A program made the position numbers and the translations under genes. The notes under the pieces were generated by a model. That model was not told the DNA's origin. It ran no database searches and saw only the letters and a list, made by a program, of their open reading frames with translations. From Edaphobacter aggregans (lineage in GTDB: Bacteria > Acidobacteriota > Terriglobia > Terriglobales > Acidobacteriaceae), in assembly GCF_003945235.1 (NCBI RefSeq), contig NZ_RSDW01000001.1, forward strand, positions 3,000,001-3,032,000: a stretch of DNA of 32,000 nucleotides, given 5' to 3'. This document shows, piece by piece, positions 7,658 to 18,011 of this stretch. How positions within the stretch are numbered: position 1 is the first letter of the stretch; each line of letters opens with the position of its first letter.

Positions 7658-8838
7658 GCACTACCTCTTCTTCCGTGGCAAAGCCCATTCTGCCGGGGGC
7701 AACAATCGGGATCTTCGGCGGCGGACAGCTTGGCCGCATGACTGCGATGGCGGCGCGCGCAATGGGGTATCGCATCCTTGTGCTCGATCCGGACCCCGCG
7801 TGTGCGGCGCGGTTTGTCGTGGATGGATGTATAGAAGCTGGGTGGGACGATTCTCGTGAGGCTGCAAATCTGGCGCGTGGATGCGACGTAGTGACATTGG
7901 AGATCGAGCAGATCTCGATGGCAAGCATGGAGGCGGCGGCCAGCTTTGCTCCGGTGCGGCCAGGCGGCGCGATGCTGGGCGTGATTCAGGACAGGATTGA
8001 ACAGAAGGACTGGCTGCAGCGTAATGGATTTCCTGTAGGAGAGTATCGTGCCGTGCGGTCGCTCGAGCAGTTGCGCGAAGCGGTCAATGCGCTGGGCGGC
8101 AAGGTCTTCTGCAAGAGCGCGACAGGTGGTTATGACGGGCGCGGGCAGGGGAAGGTTGGGTTCAATCCGGACGCAAAGGCTGAGGCTGAAATTCAGGGGG
8201 CCTGGGAGGCCCTAGGAGAGCGGGCCGGAGTGGTCGAGAAGGCTGTCAGCCTCGAGCGCGAGATTTCTGTGTTGGTGGCGCGGGCTCCGAATGGTGAGGT
8301 GAAGGTCTTTCCGGCGGCGTGGAATCATCACGAGGAACAGATTCTGGCGTGGAGCGTGATGCCGGCGCCGCTGAGTTCGGCGATGGAAGCCGAAGCGCGG
8401 AGAATCGCTGAAGAGATTGCCGATACTTTTCAGCTTGAGGGAATTTTGGCGGTTGAGTTGTTCTGCACGACCGATGGAAAGCTGCTGGTGAACGAGCTGG
8501 CTCCTCGACCGCATAACAGCTATCACGCAAGTGAACGGGCATGTGTAACGAGCCAGTTTGAGCAGCTCGTACGTGCCGTTTGCGATCTTCCGCTGGGCGA
8601 GGTAGATATAGTGCAGCCCGCGGCGATTGCCAATCTACTGGGCGATGTCTGGCTCGACGCGGATGGAAAGCTTCGCGAACCACGGTTCGATGCAGCATTG
8701 GCAGTACCCGGAGTGAGACTGCATCTCTACGAGAAGCATCTGCCACGAAAAGGCCGAAAGATGGGCCACCTGAGCGCGGTGGGGGCGAGCGCCGACGAAG
8801 CAATCGAGCTAGTGCTGCGAGCAAAATCTCTGCTGTGA
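7654..8838 (+). CDS. purK: N5-carboxyaminoimidazole ribonucleotide synthase (ATP-grasp)
   Basis: GTGA start/stop overlap with pur[16 protein letters not shown]-grasp core and [12 protein letters not shown] motif are present. Confidence 0.92.
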   Translation: MSTTSSSVAKPILPGATIGIFGGGQLGRMTAMAARAMGYRILVLDPDPACAARFVVDGCIEAGWDDSREAANLARGCDVVTLEIEQISMASMEAAASFAPVRPGGAMLGVIQDRIEQKDWLQRNGFPVGEYRAVRSLEQLREAVNALGGKVFCKSATGGYDGRGQGKVGFNPDAKAEAEIQGAWEALGERAGVVEKAVSLEREISVLVARAPNGEVKVFPAAWNHHEEQILAWSVMPAPLSSAMEAEARRIAEEIADTFQLEGILAVELFCTTDGKLLVNELAPRPHNSYHASERACVTSQFEQLVRAVCDLPLGEVDIVQPAAIANLLGDVWLDADGKLREPRFDAALAVPGVRLHLYEKHLPRKGRKMGHLSAVGASADEAIELVLRAKSLL

Positions 8839-8879
8839 CTCCAATTGATTGGCGAACTCGCGAGGAGGCGACGCCAGCC

Positions 8880-9338
8880 TTATTGCTCTTCGCGAGCCTG
8901 GCGTTTGAGGCGCTCTCGTTGTTCCCTGGACTCCATCCAGCCGCGCAGAATGACGACGGCGGCTACCTGATCGATGACGTGTTTGCGATCGCGGCGGTCG
9001 TGCCCGGCCTCGTCGAGAATCTCGTGCGCAGCGACAGAGCTCAGCCTCTCGTCCCACAGCTCGACCGGCAGTCCGGAGCGAGCGCTCAACTCCTCGGCGA
9101 ACTGCTGCACCTTTGCAGCCCATGGGCTCTGATCGCCCGACATATGGAGAGGATTGCCAACGACAATGTGCGCGACCTCGTGTTTGCGAATCAGCCGCTG
9201 CAGGCTGCGCAGATCTTCGCCGCGGCTCTTGCGCCATAAAGTAAGCAGGGGTTGCGCCGTGTAACCGAGCGGATCGGAGAGCGCGATACCGATACGCACT
9301 TTTCCGACATCCAACGCCATCACCCGGTCCGTGATCAT
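8880..9338 (-). CDS. ruvX: YqgF/RuvX family putative pre-16S rRNA nuclease / Holliday junction resolvase-like protein
   Basis: MALDVGKVRIGIALSD...HIVVGNPLHMSGD...DERLSS is typical of YqgF. Confidence 0.88.
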   Translation of the reverse strand: MITDRVMALDVGKVRIGIALSDPLGYTAQPLLTLWRKSRGEDLRSLQRLIRKHEVAHIVVGNPLHMSGDQSPWAAKVQQFAEELSARSGLPVELWDERLSSVAAHEILDEAGHDRRDRKHVIDQVAAVVILRGWMESREQRERLKRQAREEQ

Positions 9339-9347
9339 GGGTTTAGT

Positions 9348-9842
9348 CTACCGTCGCGGTTTTGGCTGAGTGGCTGGAACAAAGAAATCTACGAGATTAC
9401 CGTCGGGATCACGAAAATATAGAGAGCGAGTGCCCCAAGGCTGGGTGGTGGGCTTTTTGACCCACGTCTTCACAAGCCCTTGTAATCGAACGTACTCGTG
9501 ATCGACATCGGTGACTTTGAATTCCAGGATCGCGCTATTGTTCTGTCCCGCTTTTGCCGATCCTGGGATGTACTTTTCTTGTGCTTCGGTGGCAAATATC
9601 GCGAGCACTGCCGTACCGGTTCGAAATTCGACATAAGTGTCATCTACTTTATGCGGCTCCATTTCCAGGGCCTGTGCGTAGAAGGAAGTTAGTCTTTTGA
9701 CGTCGTTTGTGATGAGACACGTATTGGTCAGTGTAGGAGAGGAATTCTGTGCTGGCGGTGTAGCGCTACTTTCCAGGGAGCGTTGCATTGAAACTGCTAA
9801 TGCCGTTGTCAGAAACACTGCTGAAACCATCTGTGTTTTCAT
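9348..9842 (-). CDS. Secreted VOC (glyoxalase/bleomycin-resistance/dioxygenase fold) family protein
   Basis: Likely start is MKTQMVSAVFLTTALAVS (signal peptide) at 9842, preceded by GGGGGGAA. VOC-like core: FYAQALEM...AVLAIF...FRDPDGNLVDF. Confidence 0.7.
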   Translation of the reverse strand: MKTQMVSAVFLTTALAVSMQRSLESSATPPAQNSSPTLTNTCLITNDVKRLTSFYAQALEMEPHKVDDTYVEFRTGTAVLAIFATEAQEKYIPGSAKAGQNNSAILEFKVTDVDHEYVRLQGLVKTWVKKPTTQPWGTRSLYFRDPDGNLVDFFVPATQPKPRR

Positions 9843-9861
9843 GGTTCCCCCCGGACTTTGT

Positions 9862-9893
9862 AACAAAAACGGCAGACCTCAGTGAAGTCTGCC
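9862..9893 (-). terminator. Rho-independent terminator after the E2 gene
   Basis: On the minus strand: GGCAGAC-TTCACTGAG-GTCTGCC (7-bp stem) followed by GTTTTTGTT. It lies 25 nt downstream of the E2 stop. Confidence 0.7.
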
Positions 9894-9917
9894 GTTGGTG
9901 TGTTGGTTGACTCTTGA

Positions 9918-11558
9918 TCAACCGATGTCTTCGTTCCAGTTCTCCAGATAAGCCTTGAAGTCGGACATGAATTTTCCGGCGTCAGCTCCGTCAACGATGC
10001 GGTGGTCGAAGCCGAGCGTGAAGCGCTGGATGGACCGGATGGCGATGGAGTCGTTGCCGTCCTTGTCGGTGAGGACTTCGGCTTCTTTATTGAGCCCACC
10101 GATGCCGAGAATCGCGCTCTGCGGCTGGTTGATGATCGGCGTGCCGAACTGCTCGCCGAAGATGCCGGAGTTGGTCAGCGTGAAGGTGCCCCCGGAGATC
10201 TCGTCCGGAGCAAGCTTCTTGCCACGAGCGCGGTCAGCTACATCGACGATGCCGCGTGCGATGCCGAGGAAGTTCTTCTCCTCGGTCTGCTTGAGCACGG
10301 GAACAATCAAACCCCAGTCCAGCGCAACAGCGATGCCGATGTTGATGTTCTTGTTGTAGCGAATCGCCTCGCCATCGATCGACGCGTTGACGATCGGGTG
10401 CTTGCGCAGCGCAACAATAGCAGCACGCGTGATGAAGGGCATGTACGTCAGCTTGACGCCATTGCGCTGCTCATACTTCGACTTCTCTTTCTCGCGGAGC
10501 TTCACAATGCGCGTCATGTCCACCTTGAAGACGGTGTGGACGTGCGGACTGGTGCGCTTGGACTCGACCATGCGCTGCGCGATGATGGAGCGCATCTTGG
10601 TCATCGGCACGAGCTCGCCGGGCAACGGCTGCGCTGGCGCAGGAGCGGCAGGCTTGGCGGCTGCTGGCGCAACCGCGGCAGGTGCCGGAGCAGCCGGCTT
10701 TGCTCCGCCCTCGAGATGGCCGAGGATGTCGCTCTTGGTGATGCGGCCTGCGGACCCTGTGCCCGCGACCTGAGTGAGGTCAACGTCGTTCTCGCGCGCG
10801 ATCTTGCGGACCAGCGGAGAAGAGCGGGGATGATCGCCAACTGCAGCTACTGGAGCTGAAGTCGCCACAGGTGCAGGAGCAGAGGCTGCGGGAGCCGGTG
10901 CTGCAGCCGCCGGTGCGGGGGCCGCCTTCCCTGCAGCGCCACCAATGACAGCCACTACAGTGTTGATCGTAACGGTCTTGCCCTCTCCGACCTTGATCTC
11001 GGTAAGGGTTCCGGCAACAGGCGAAGGAATCTCGGCGTCAACCTTGTCCGTGGAGATCTCGAAGATGGGCTCGTCGCGCTGGACGCTGTCGCCAACCTTC
11101 TTGAGCCACTTGGTGATGGTGCCTTCGGTGATGGATTCGCCCATCTGCGGCATCAACACCTCGGTGCCGACGCCCGATTCAATCTTGGTGCCCGCAGCTG
11201 CGACATCAGCCGCAGCTGGATTGCCCTGAGTTGCTGCTGGCGCATCCACGGCTGAAGGCGTTGCAGTGTCCGTTGAGGGAGTCGCCGCAGTTTCGGCCTT
11301 CGCCGCCGCTGCTCCAGATCCACCTTCCTCGATCGTTGCAACGACCGTGTTGATCTGCACCGTAGTCCCCTCGGCGATCTTGATCTCCTTCAGGGTCCCA
11401 GCCGATGGCGAAGGAATCTCGGCGTCGACCTTATCGGTAGAAATCTCGAAGAGCGGTTCGTCACGCTGGACGGTGTCGCCGGGCTTCTTGAGCCATTTGG
11501 TGATGGTGCCTTCAGTGATGGATTCGCCCATCTGGGGCATAACTACTTCAGTCGGCAT
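9918..11558 (-). CDS. 2-oxoacid dehydrogenase E2 component (dihydrolipoyllysine-residue acyltransferase), SucB/OdhB-like, two lipoyl domains
   Basis: Two copies of MPQMGESITEGTITKWLKK..GD.VQRDEP.FEISTDKVDAEIPSP, Ala/Pro linkers, an E3-binding domain (SPLVRKIARENDVDL) and the catalytic DHRIVDG motif. Confidence 0.9.
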   Translation of the reverse strand: MPTEVVMPQMGESITEGTITKWLKKPGDTVQRDEPLFEISTDKVDAEIPSPSAGTLKEIKIAEGTTVQINTVVATIEEGGSGAAAAKAETAATPSTDTATPSAVDAPAATQGNPAAADVAAAGTKIESGVGTEVLMPQMGESITEGTITKWLKKVGDSVQRDEPIFEISTDKVDAEIPSPVAGTLTEIKVGEGKTVTINTVVAVIGGAAGKAAPAPAAAAPAPAASAPAPVATSAPVAAVGDHPRSSPLVRKIARENDVDLTQVAGTGSAGRITKSDILGHLEGGAKPAAPAPAAVAPAAAKPAAPAPAQPLPGELVPMTKMRSIIAQRMVESKRTSPHVHTVFKVDMTRIVKLREKEKSKYEQRNGVKLTYMPFITRAAIVALRKHPIVNASIDGEAIRYNKNINIGIAVALDWGLIVPVLKQTEEKNFLGIARGIVDVADRARGKKLAPDEISGGTFTLTNSGIFGEQFGTPIINQPQSAILGIGGLNKEAEVLTDKDGNDSIAIRSIQRFTLGFDHRIVDGADAGKFMSDFKAYLENWNEDIG

Positions 11559-11718
11559 GAGTGTCTTTTCTCCCTAAATTACTGGTGCAGACGGCTTGAA
11601 CCGCACTCCATCCCTGGCCCGGTGCGCGATTGAGCATACGATTGGGATTATACGGCTGCAACAGGGTTCCTGGTCGCCGATCGGTGCGGTTAGCGAACAA
11701 CATGGGCGCTGAACGCCC

Positions 11719-12456
11719 TCATACTCGAGTCGCAAGAAGATGATCCAGCGACTCGCACCAGAGCATCTGCCGCTCGAACACACGTCCAAAATTGCGTGCG
11801 GCGGAGTTGAGCGCATTCTCCATCGTAGGCTGTCGTGCCGGATCAAGACCGGGGTCCGCCTGGAGTTCAAGGCTGGTCACATCGCGGTCCGTGATGCCGC
11901 ATGGCACGATCCACTCGAAGTCGCGGAGGTCGGTAGTGACGTTGAGCGCGAATCCATGCGAGGTCACGCCTTGCGAGACATGGACCCCAATCGCCGCAAT
12001 CTTCTTTTCGAGAATGCTGCCGCCAGCCATCGTCCACACACCGGTTCGCTTGGGGATGCGCTGTGCCATTACGCCAAAATCACAGCATGTGCGAATCAGC
12101 ACCTCTTCGAGGAGGCGAACGTAATCGACCGGCCCAAGATGCGGCCCCTTCTTGCCGGGAAGATCGCCGCGCAGATCGATGATCGGGTAGCCGACGAGTT
12201 GGCCGGGGCCGTGATACGTAACATCGCCCCCGCGATTGATCTCATGCAACTCGATGCCGCGCTGCGCAAGAAACTCATCCGAAGCAATAACATTCGACCG
12301 CACAGAATTGCGCCCGAGCGTAAGCACCGGAGGATGCTCCAGCAGCAACAACGTATCGGCGATGAGGTTCTGTTTACGCGCCGCGATGACCTGCTGCTGA
12401 ATCGCAAGAGCGTCCCCGTAAGGAACGCGGCCGAGATGGAGAAGATTGATATGCAT
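11719..12456 (-). CDS. lipB: Lipoyl(octanoyl) transferase
   Basis: Start at MHINLLHLGRVPYGDAL (ATG 12456). Motifs: EHPPVLTLGR, RGGDVTYHGPGQLVGYP, KIAAIGV. Confidence 0.9.
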   Translation of the reverse strand: MHINLLHLGRVPYGDALAIQQQVIAARKQNLIADTLLLLEHPPVLTLGRNSVRSNVIASDEFLAQRGIELHEINRGGDVTYHGPGQLVGYPIIDLRGDLPGKKGPHLGPVDYVRLLEEVLIRTCCDFGVMAQRIPKRTGVWTMAGGSILEKKIAAIGVHVSQGVTSHGFALNVTTDLRDFEWIVPCGITDRDVTSLELQADPGLDPARQPTMENALNSAARNFGRVFERQMLWCESLDHLLATRV

Positions 12457-12522
12457 GTTGAAGCTTAAGAAGAACGAAGCCCGATCATCAGACCGGGCTT
12501 CCTCTGGTTGCAATGCTGAGAG

Positions 12523-13941
12523 TTAGACGTTGACCGCCATGCCTTCCACGCTGCTGAAGCCATCAAGCAGCGCCTCAGCAACCGTGGGATGCGCGTGAAT
12601 CGTAAACATCATCTCTTCGACCGTGGCCTCAAGCTCAAGCGCTGTCACACACTCCGCGATGATCTCCGTAGCATAAGGCCCGATGATGTGAACGCCCAGG
12701 ATCTCGCCATACTTCGTGTCCGAAACCACCTTCACAAAGCCATCATGCGAGTCGACAATCGTGGCCTTCGAGTTCCCAACGAACGGGAACTTGCCAACCT
12801 TCACCGAGTAGCCCTTCTCCTTGGCCTGCGCCTCCGTCAGACCCACGCTGGCAATCTGCGGATCGGTATACGTGCAGCCAGGAATGCGAAGACGATTCAC
12901 CGACTTGGCGTACTTACCCGCCATCCGCGCCGCAACTACCAGCCCAGCCATCGAGCCAACATGCGCCAACTGCGGCAGGCCACCGACGATATCGCCAATC
13001 GCGTAAACCCCGGGCTCCGTCGTCTCCATCCACTCGTTCGTCATCACGAACCCGCGGTCCGGCTTGATGTTCGTCTTCTCAAGCCCGATGCCCTCGGTGC
13101 GCGGCGCACGGCCCACAGCCATCAGCACCTTCTCGGCTTGCTTGGACTGCACCTTGCCGTTCGCATCCGTCCACGTCACCAGTGCGCCATCCTTGTTCTT
13201 CTCGATCTTCGTGTCCTTGATCGACAGATACACATCGATGCCGCGCTTCTTAAACTGCCGCAGCAGCTCCTTCGAGATCTCTTCATCCTCTACCGGCACC
13301 ACCCGCGGCAGCACCTCGAGCACCGTCACATTCGCCCCAAAGCTATTGAAGATCGACGCGAACTCAACCCCCACGGCACCCGAACCGATCACCACTAGCG
13401 ACTTCGGCGCCTCGGCAATCTTCAAAATCTCGTAGTTCGTCAGAATCGTATCGTCCGGCTTATTCCCCGGCAGCACCCGTGCATCTGAGCCAGTCGCCAG
13501 CACAACCTTCTTCGCCTTGATCGTCTCGGTCTTGCCATCAGCCAGCTTGGCCTCGATGGTATGAACACCATCCTTCGCCGGGCCGGTCAACTTTCCGAAG
13601 CCTTTGAACGTCGTGATCTTATTCTTCTTCATCAGGAAGTCGAGACCCTTGACGTGCCGCGAGATCACATCATCCTTACGCGCTAGCACGCCCTTCCAGT
13701 TCAGCTTCGGGGTCACGCCATCGATACCATAGCGTTCAGCATGCTTCAGGTGATCCCAAAGCTCCGCCGAAAACAGCATCGCTTTGGTCGGGATGCAACC
13801 CCAAAGCAAGCACGTGCCGCCAAGGCGGTCATTCGCGTCGATAAGAGCGGCCTTCAGGCCATACTGTGAGGCACGGATCGCACACGTGTATCCGGCGGGC
13901 CCGCCGCCGACCACAACTACATCAAAAATCGTATCTGCCAA
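12523..13941 (-). CDS. lpdA: Dihydrolipoyl dehydrogenase (E3)
   Basis: VVVVGGGPAGY, redox-active GGTCLLWGCIPTK, and C-terminal interface HAHPT..E. Confidence 0.95.
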   Translation of the reverse strand: MADTIFDVVVVGGGPAGYTCAIRASQYGLKAALIDANDRLGGTCLLWGCIPTKAMLFSAELWDHLKHAERYGIDGVTPKLNWKGVLARKDDVISRHVKGLDFLMKKNKITTFKGFGKLTGPAKDGVHTIEAKLADGKTETIKAKKVVLATGSDARVLPGNKPDDTILTNYEILKIAEAPKSLVVIGSGAVGVEFASIFNSFGANVTVLEVLPRVVPVEDEEISKELLRQFKKRGIDVYLSIKDTKIEKNKDGALVTWTDANGKVQSKQAEKVLMAVGRAPRTEGIGLEKTNIKPDRGFVMTNEWMETTEPGVYAIGDIVGGLPQLAHVGSMAGLVVAARMAGKYAKSVNRLRIPGCTYTDPQIASVGLTEAQAKEKGYSVKVGKFPFVGNSKATIVDSHDGFVKVVSDTKYGEILGVHIIGPYATEIIAECVTALELEATVEEMMFTIHAHPTVAEALLDGFSSVEGMAVNV

Positions 13942-14094
13942 GGGAATCTCCGTTTCTGCGTCTATACAAACATTCTAGATTACGCTTCGTGTCAAGCGCT
14001 CTCGGTCATCCATCTGGCTGGCAACGTACTTTCAGACTAATCTTTATCGCACCTGCTCTCCCGCAAAGGAGTAAGCAGTCAAACTGAGCAAAGG

Positions 14095-15435
14095 ATGAAA
14101 CCCATGACAGCAGGAAAGACCACTCAAGTGCTCTACAAACTGTTCGTGTTTTTCCTCATCAGTGCAGGTTGCGCGCTGGCCCAAGTGACTATTCCCGACA
14201 CTCCAGCCGGCCACACACTTCAAGCCTGGCTCGATGCTTTCAACAGCGGTGACCGCGCCAAGGTCGAGGCCTACGTCACCAGCACTGACCCCTCAAACTC
14301 CGTCGACGGCATGCTCTCCTTCCGCAGCCAGACCGGCGGCTTCGATCTTCTGTCCATCGAGAGCAGCGATCCGCTCCACATTCGCTTCCGCGTCAAAGAA
14401 AAAGGTGGCACGACAACCGCACTCGGCAATCTCATTGTAAAAAGCGGGCAGCCTCCGACAGTAGCAACCTTCGGCCTGCGCGCTCTACCCCCGGGAGCGG
14501 TCGTCGAAAACGTGAAGATTGACGCAGCCATGCGCAAGAAAGTCGTCGACGGCATAGAGACCAACCTGAACGAGTATTACGTCGAGCCCACGGTCGCGCA
14601 GCAGATGGTCGACGCAATGAAATTGCACGCAGCCAAGGGCGACTACGACAACATCTCCGACGGCGATGAGCTAGCCATGCGCCTGACCAAAGATCTGCAG
14701 GACGTAAGCCACGACAAACACCTGCGTATCGACTTCACCCCCTTCAAAACACCCGAACGAACCGGCCCCACTCCAGAGGACGAGGCTCGCTTCCACCAGC
14801 AGATGGAACACGCCAACTGTGCGTTCCAGAAGGTCGAGATCCTCCCAGGCAACATCGGCTATATCAAGTTCGACGGCTTCATGGACGCCGGATTCTGCGG
14901 CCCCACCGTCAACGCAGCGATGGCCTTCATCGCCCACACCGACGCCGTCATCTTCGACATCCGCCAGAACGGGGGCGGCCAACCCGCCATGGTCACGCTC
15001 ATCGCAAGCTACCTCTTCGATCAGCCGAAGCACCTCATCGACATCTACAACCGCAAAGAAGATTCAACCACCCAGAACTGGACGCTCTCCTATCTCCCCG
15101 GCCCGCGCCTCTCCAAACAGCCTGTCTTCGTCCTCACATCCAAGCGCACCTTCTCCGGAGCCGAAGAGTTCGCCTTCGACCTCAAAAACCAGAAGCGCGC
15201 AACCATCATCGGCGAGACAACAGGCGGAGGAGCCCACCCGGTCTCAGGCCACACCGTAGCTGACTACTTCAACATCGGCGTACCCTTCGCAAAATCGCTC
15301 GATCCCGTCACCAAGACCAACTGGGAAGGAACAGGCGTCGAACCGGACGTAAAAGTCCCTGCAGCCGACGCCCTGACCACCGCACAAAAGCTAGCCCCCG
15401 AAAAGATTCAAGCCGGCAAGAGCGACAAGAAATAG
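14095..15435 (+). CDS. Secreted S41-family peptidase-like protein (IRBP/tail-specific protease-like)
   Basis: Signal peptide present. GNIGYIKFDGF, VIFDIRQNGGG, TFSGAEEFAFDLKNQKRATIIGETTGGGAHP. Confidence 0.75.
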   Translation: MKPMTAGKTTQVLYKLFVFFLISAGCALAQVTIPDTPAGHTLQAWLDAFNSGDRAKVEAYVTSTDPSNSVDGMLSFRSQTGGFDLLSIESSDPLHIRFRVKEKGGTTTALGNLIVKSGQPPTVATFGLRALPPGAVVENVKIDAAMRKKVVDGIETNLNEYYVEPTVAQQMVDAMKLHAAKGDYDNISDGDELAMRLTKDLQDVSHDKHLRIDFTPFKTPERTGPTPEDEARFHQQMEHANCAFQKVEILPGNIGYIKFDGFMDAGFCGPTVNAAMAFIAHTDAVIFDIRQNGGGQPAMVTLIASYLFDQPKHLIDIYNRKEDSTTQNWTLSYLPGPRLSKQPVFVLTSKRTFSGAEEFAFDLKNQKRATIIGETTGGGAHPVSGHTVADYFNIGVPFAKSLDPVTKTNWEGTGVEPDVKVPAADALTTAQKLAPEKIQAGKSDKK

Positions 15436-16329
15436 CTACGACGCCGTCATCGCCTCAAGTAAGGCCACAGCCATGGCGTTATTCGGTGTCGTCACGCCAT
15501 GCCTCTTGCCCACTCGCACAATCACGCCATTGCGAGCATCAATCTCTGTCGGCCTTCCCGCGAGCCTATCCGCAAGCATCGAGTTGACACCATCCCGAGC
15601 CGCCTTCCGATAAGCCTCCAACACTTCATCCGGAACCGCATCGCTCAGCACCGCACCCTCTGCCCGCCCGACAGCCACGCACTCACGCACAATCTGCAAA
15701 GCAACCTCGCCGATGGCCTCATCGTGCATCACCTCATTCGGCCGAAGCAGCAACGCAGACAGCACTCCCGCCGAGTTGTGGCACAACTTCCGCCAAGCAA
15801 CGGTCACCCAATCAGGTACGGTAGCCGCATCGGCAGCCGTCCCCGCAAACAACTCCACAAACTCCGCACCCAACCCACCCTCAGGCACCTTCAGACTCAT
15901 CCCACCCCGCTGCACAATCCTCTCCGGAGACTTCCTCTCCGCAGGACAATCCACAATCACCGGCACGATCCTGTCCGCAGCAACATCAGGCGCAAAGCGT
16001 TCCCTATGCTCCACGCCATTCTGCAGCACCGCCACCGGAGCGCCCTTCGCACACAACCGTTCCAGCCACCTCGCCGCACCCGCAACGTCGTAAGCCTTGG
16101 TCGCCACCATCACCCAATCAACAGCAGGCGCAACGTCAGGATCGGTAACCACCGTCGCATCGATCCGCATCACACCGTCCGGCGTCTCCACCACCAACTC
16201 CGCCAGCGGCGTGCGCACACACAACACCAACTCATGCCGCCCCGCCGACTGCACCAGCGAAGCCACCACCCCACCAATCGCCCCCACGCCAACAATCGCA
16301 ATTCGCGCCACGCATTTCCTCTCGCGCAA
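15436..16329 (-). CDS. panE: 2-dehydropantoate 2-reductase (ApbA/PanE family)
   Basis: IAIVGVGAIGG Rossmann motif and C-terminal SMLADRLAGRPTEIDARNGVIV..GKRHGVTTPNN. Start is TTG 16329 or GTG 16311. Its stop abuts the S41 stop (TAGCTA). Confidence 0.8.
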   Translation of the reverse strand: MRERKCVARIAIVGVGAIGGVVASLVQSAGRHELVLCVRTPLAELVVETPDGVMRIDATVVTDPDVAPAVDWVMVATKAYDVAGAARWLERLCAKGAPVAVLQNGVEHRERFAPDVAADRIVPVIVDCPAERKSPERIVQRGGMSLKVPEGGLGAEFVELFAGTAADAATVPDWVTVAWRKLCHNSAGVLSALLLRPNEVMHDEAIGEVALQIVRECVAVGRAEGAVLSDAVPDEVLEAYRKAARDGVNSMLADRLAGRPTEIDARNGVIVRVGKRHGVTTPNNAMAVALLEAMTAS

Positions 16330-16335
16330 AACTCG

Positions 16336-17325
16336 CTAGCCCAGCACCTTAGCCGCATCCTTAGCAAAATAAGTCACAATAAAATCCGCGCCAGCCCTGC
16401 GAATCGAAGTCAGCGACTCCATCATCGCCCGCTCCGGCTCCAGCCATCCACGCGCAAACGCCGCATGCAGCATCGAGTACTCTCCCGACACTTGATACGC
16501 CCCCATCGGCACGTCATACCGCTCCCGCGCCGCACGAATCACATCCAGATACGGCATCGCCGGCTTCATCAGCACCATATCTGTTCCCTCGGTAATATCC
16601 TGGTCGATCTCGCGCATAGCCTCGCGCAAATTCGCTCCATCCATCTGATAGCTGCGCCGATCACCGAACTGCGGAGCCGAATCCGCCGCCTCACGAAACG
16701 GCCCATAGAATGCCGAGGCAAACTTCGAAGCATAGCTCAGCACAGGAATCTGTTGATGCCCACCGCCATCCAACGCATTACGAATCGCCGCAACGCGCCC
16801 GTCCATCATGTCGCTCGGAGCAACGATGTCAGCTCCGGCAGCAGCCAACGAAGCCGCGGTCTTCGCCAGCAGCGCAACACTCGAATCATTTTCAATCTCG
16901 TAGTGATCACCATCACGCCCCACCACGCCGCAGTGCCCATGCGATGTGTACTCGCACAAACAAACATCGGCAATCTGCACGAGGGAATCCAGCGCACGAT
17001 TCTTCTTGAACGCCCGGAGAGCCGTCTGCACAATCCCATCCGCAGCCCACGCTCCCGTCGCCTGCTCATCCTTCTCCGCTGGCAGACCAAACAACAGCAA
17101 CCCGCCGATCCCCAGCCCAGCGCAAGCCTCCGCCTCCTTCATCGCCTCGTCAACCGACAGGTTGTACACCCCAGGCATCGACCCAATCTCTTTACGGACA
17201 CCCTCGCCGGGGCAGATAAACAGCGGATAAATCAACGCCCCAGGATGCAGATGTGTCTCGCGAACAAGCGACCGCATCGCCTCGGTCCGGCGCAGCCTGC
17301 GCATACGCGTAACAGGAAAGTTCAT
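16336..17325 (-). CDS. hemB: Porphobilinogen synthase (delta-aminolevulinate dehydratase)
   Basis: RRLR, PLFI, Zn-type cysteine cluster [14 protein letters not shown], and the PSDMMDGR and KPAMPYLD motifs. Confidence 0.95.
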   Translation of the reverse strand: MNFPVTRMRRLRRTEAMRSLVRETHLHPGALIYPLFICPGEGVRKEIGSMPGVYNLSVDEAMKEAEACAGLGIGGLLLFGLPAEKDEQATGAWAADGIVQTALRAFKKNRALDSLVQIADVCLCEYTSHGHCGVVGRDGDHYEIENDSSVALLAKTAASLAAAGADIVAPSDMMDGRVAAIRNALDGGGHQQIPVLSYASKFASAFYGPFREAADSAPQFGDRRSYQMDGANLREAMREIDQDITEGTDMVLMKPAMPYLDVIRAARERYDVPMGAYQVSGEYSMLHAAFARGWLEPERAMMESLTSIRRAGADFIVTYFAKDAAKVLG

Positions 17326-17363
17326 ACCAATAGTCTACGACCCCGTGAATCTACACCGCGAAG

Positions 17364-17945
17364 CTAGCTGCGATCCGCAATCGCGTCATACTCCATCCCC
17401 GACGTCGCCGGAGCCAGCACCCACAACGTGTAGATACCAAGCGCGGTCCCGAACGGAAACTTCAGCAGCGACAGAACAGACACGACAATCGCCAGCACCC
17501 TTCCCCAGGGCCTCCGCGTCAGCAGCGCATAGCCCACCAGCAAAGCCAACGCCGACGCCAGCACAGCCGCCACCATGATCACCGGCAGCAAAGCAGCCAT
17601 CCACTGTGGCCCGAATGGCCCGCCGTGGTGCCCAAACTCCCAATTGTCTCCAAACCGCCCGAACCACATCATCTTGACGAAAAACATCGCCATCAAGCCG
17701 CCCAGCAGCCGAAACGCCCCAAAGGCGCACCACAGAATCCCCAGCAATTGCAGATTCCGCTGCACACGCGGAGCCGGCTTGTACATGGGCGGCGGATAGT
17801 TCGCATACACCGGTTGACCCGCCATTGGCTGAGCCGCCACAACCTGCGCCCCGCACCTCGAACAAAAGTGAACCCCTTCTCCAACTGCAGCACCACAAGC
17901 CTGACAGACCATCGCACACCTCTGACTTTCCAGCGTCCCCATCAT
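17364..17945 (-). CDS. Zinc-ribbon domain membrane protein
   Basis: N-terminal CQACGAAV...FCSRCGAQV zinc ribbon, a Pro-rich linker, then about 4 hydrophobic helices. The start may be the internal M at MVCQACG. Confidence 0.65.
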   Translation of the reverse strand: MMGTLESQRCAMVCQACGAAVGEGVHFCSRCGAQVVAAQPMAGQPVYANYPPPMYKPAPRVQRNLQLLGILWCAFGAFRLLGGLMAMFFVKMMWFGRFGDNWEFGHHGGPFGPQWMAALLPVIMVAAVLASALALLVGYALLTRRPWGRVLAIVVSVLSLLKFPFGTALGIYTLWVLAPATSGMEYDAIADRS

Positions 17946-18011
17946 TCCGGGACAGGCGCTTGTATCTGCTACGCGTACGCGCAGACGGTTGTTCCCTGCG
18001 AGATTACGATA

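Noticed and set aside
15433-15438. Back-to-back stop codons (TAGCTA) of the convergent S41 peptidase and panE genes with no terminator
   Set aside because: This is real in the sequence but is an ordinary consequence of compact convergent genes. There is no further structure to interpret.
15499-17367. 622-aa plus-strand ORF antisense to panE and hemB
   Set aside because: The sequence is Arg/His/Pro/Gln-rich low complexity with no recognisable domain. It lies exactly opposite two genes with unambiguous enzyme signatures, which is the typical shadow ORF of high-GC DNA.
17625-18011. N-terminal 129 codons of the 1036-aa track ORF for mutS2
   Set aside because: This part overlaps the divergently transcribed zinc-ribbon membrane-protein gene (17364-17945) and has shadow-ORF composition. 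MutS2 homology starts near LEWPRLRDHIAG, so a GTG around 18012 is more plausible.
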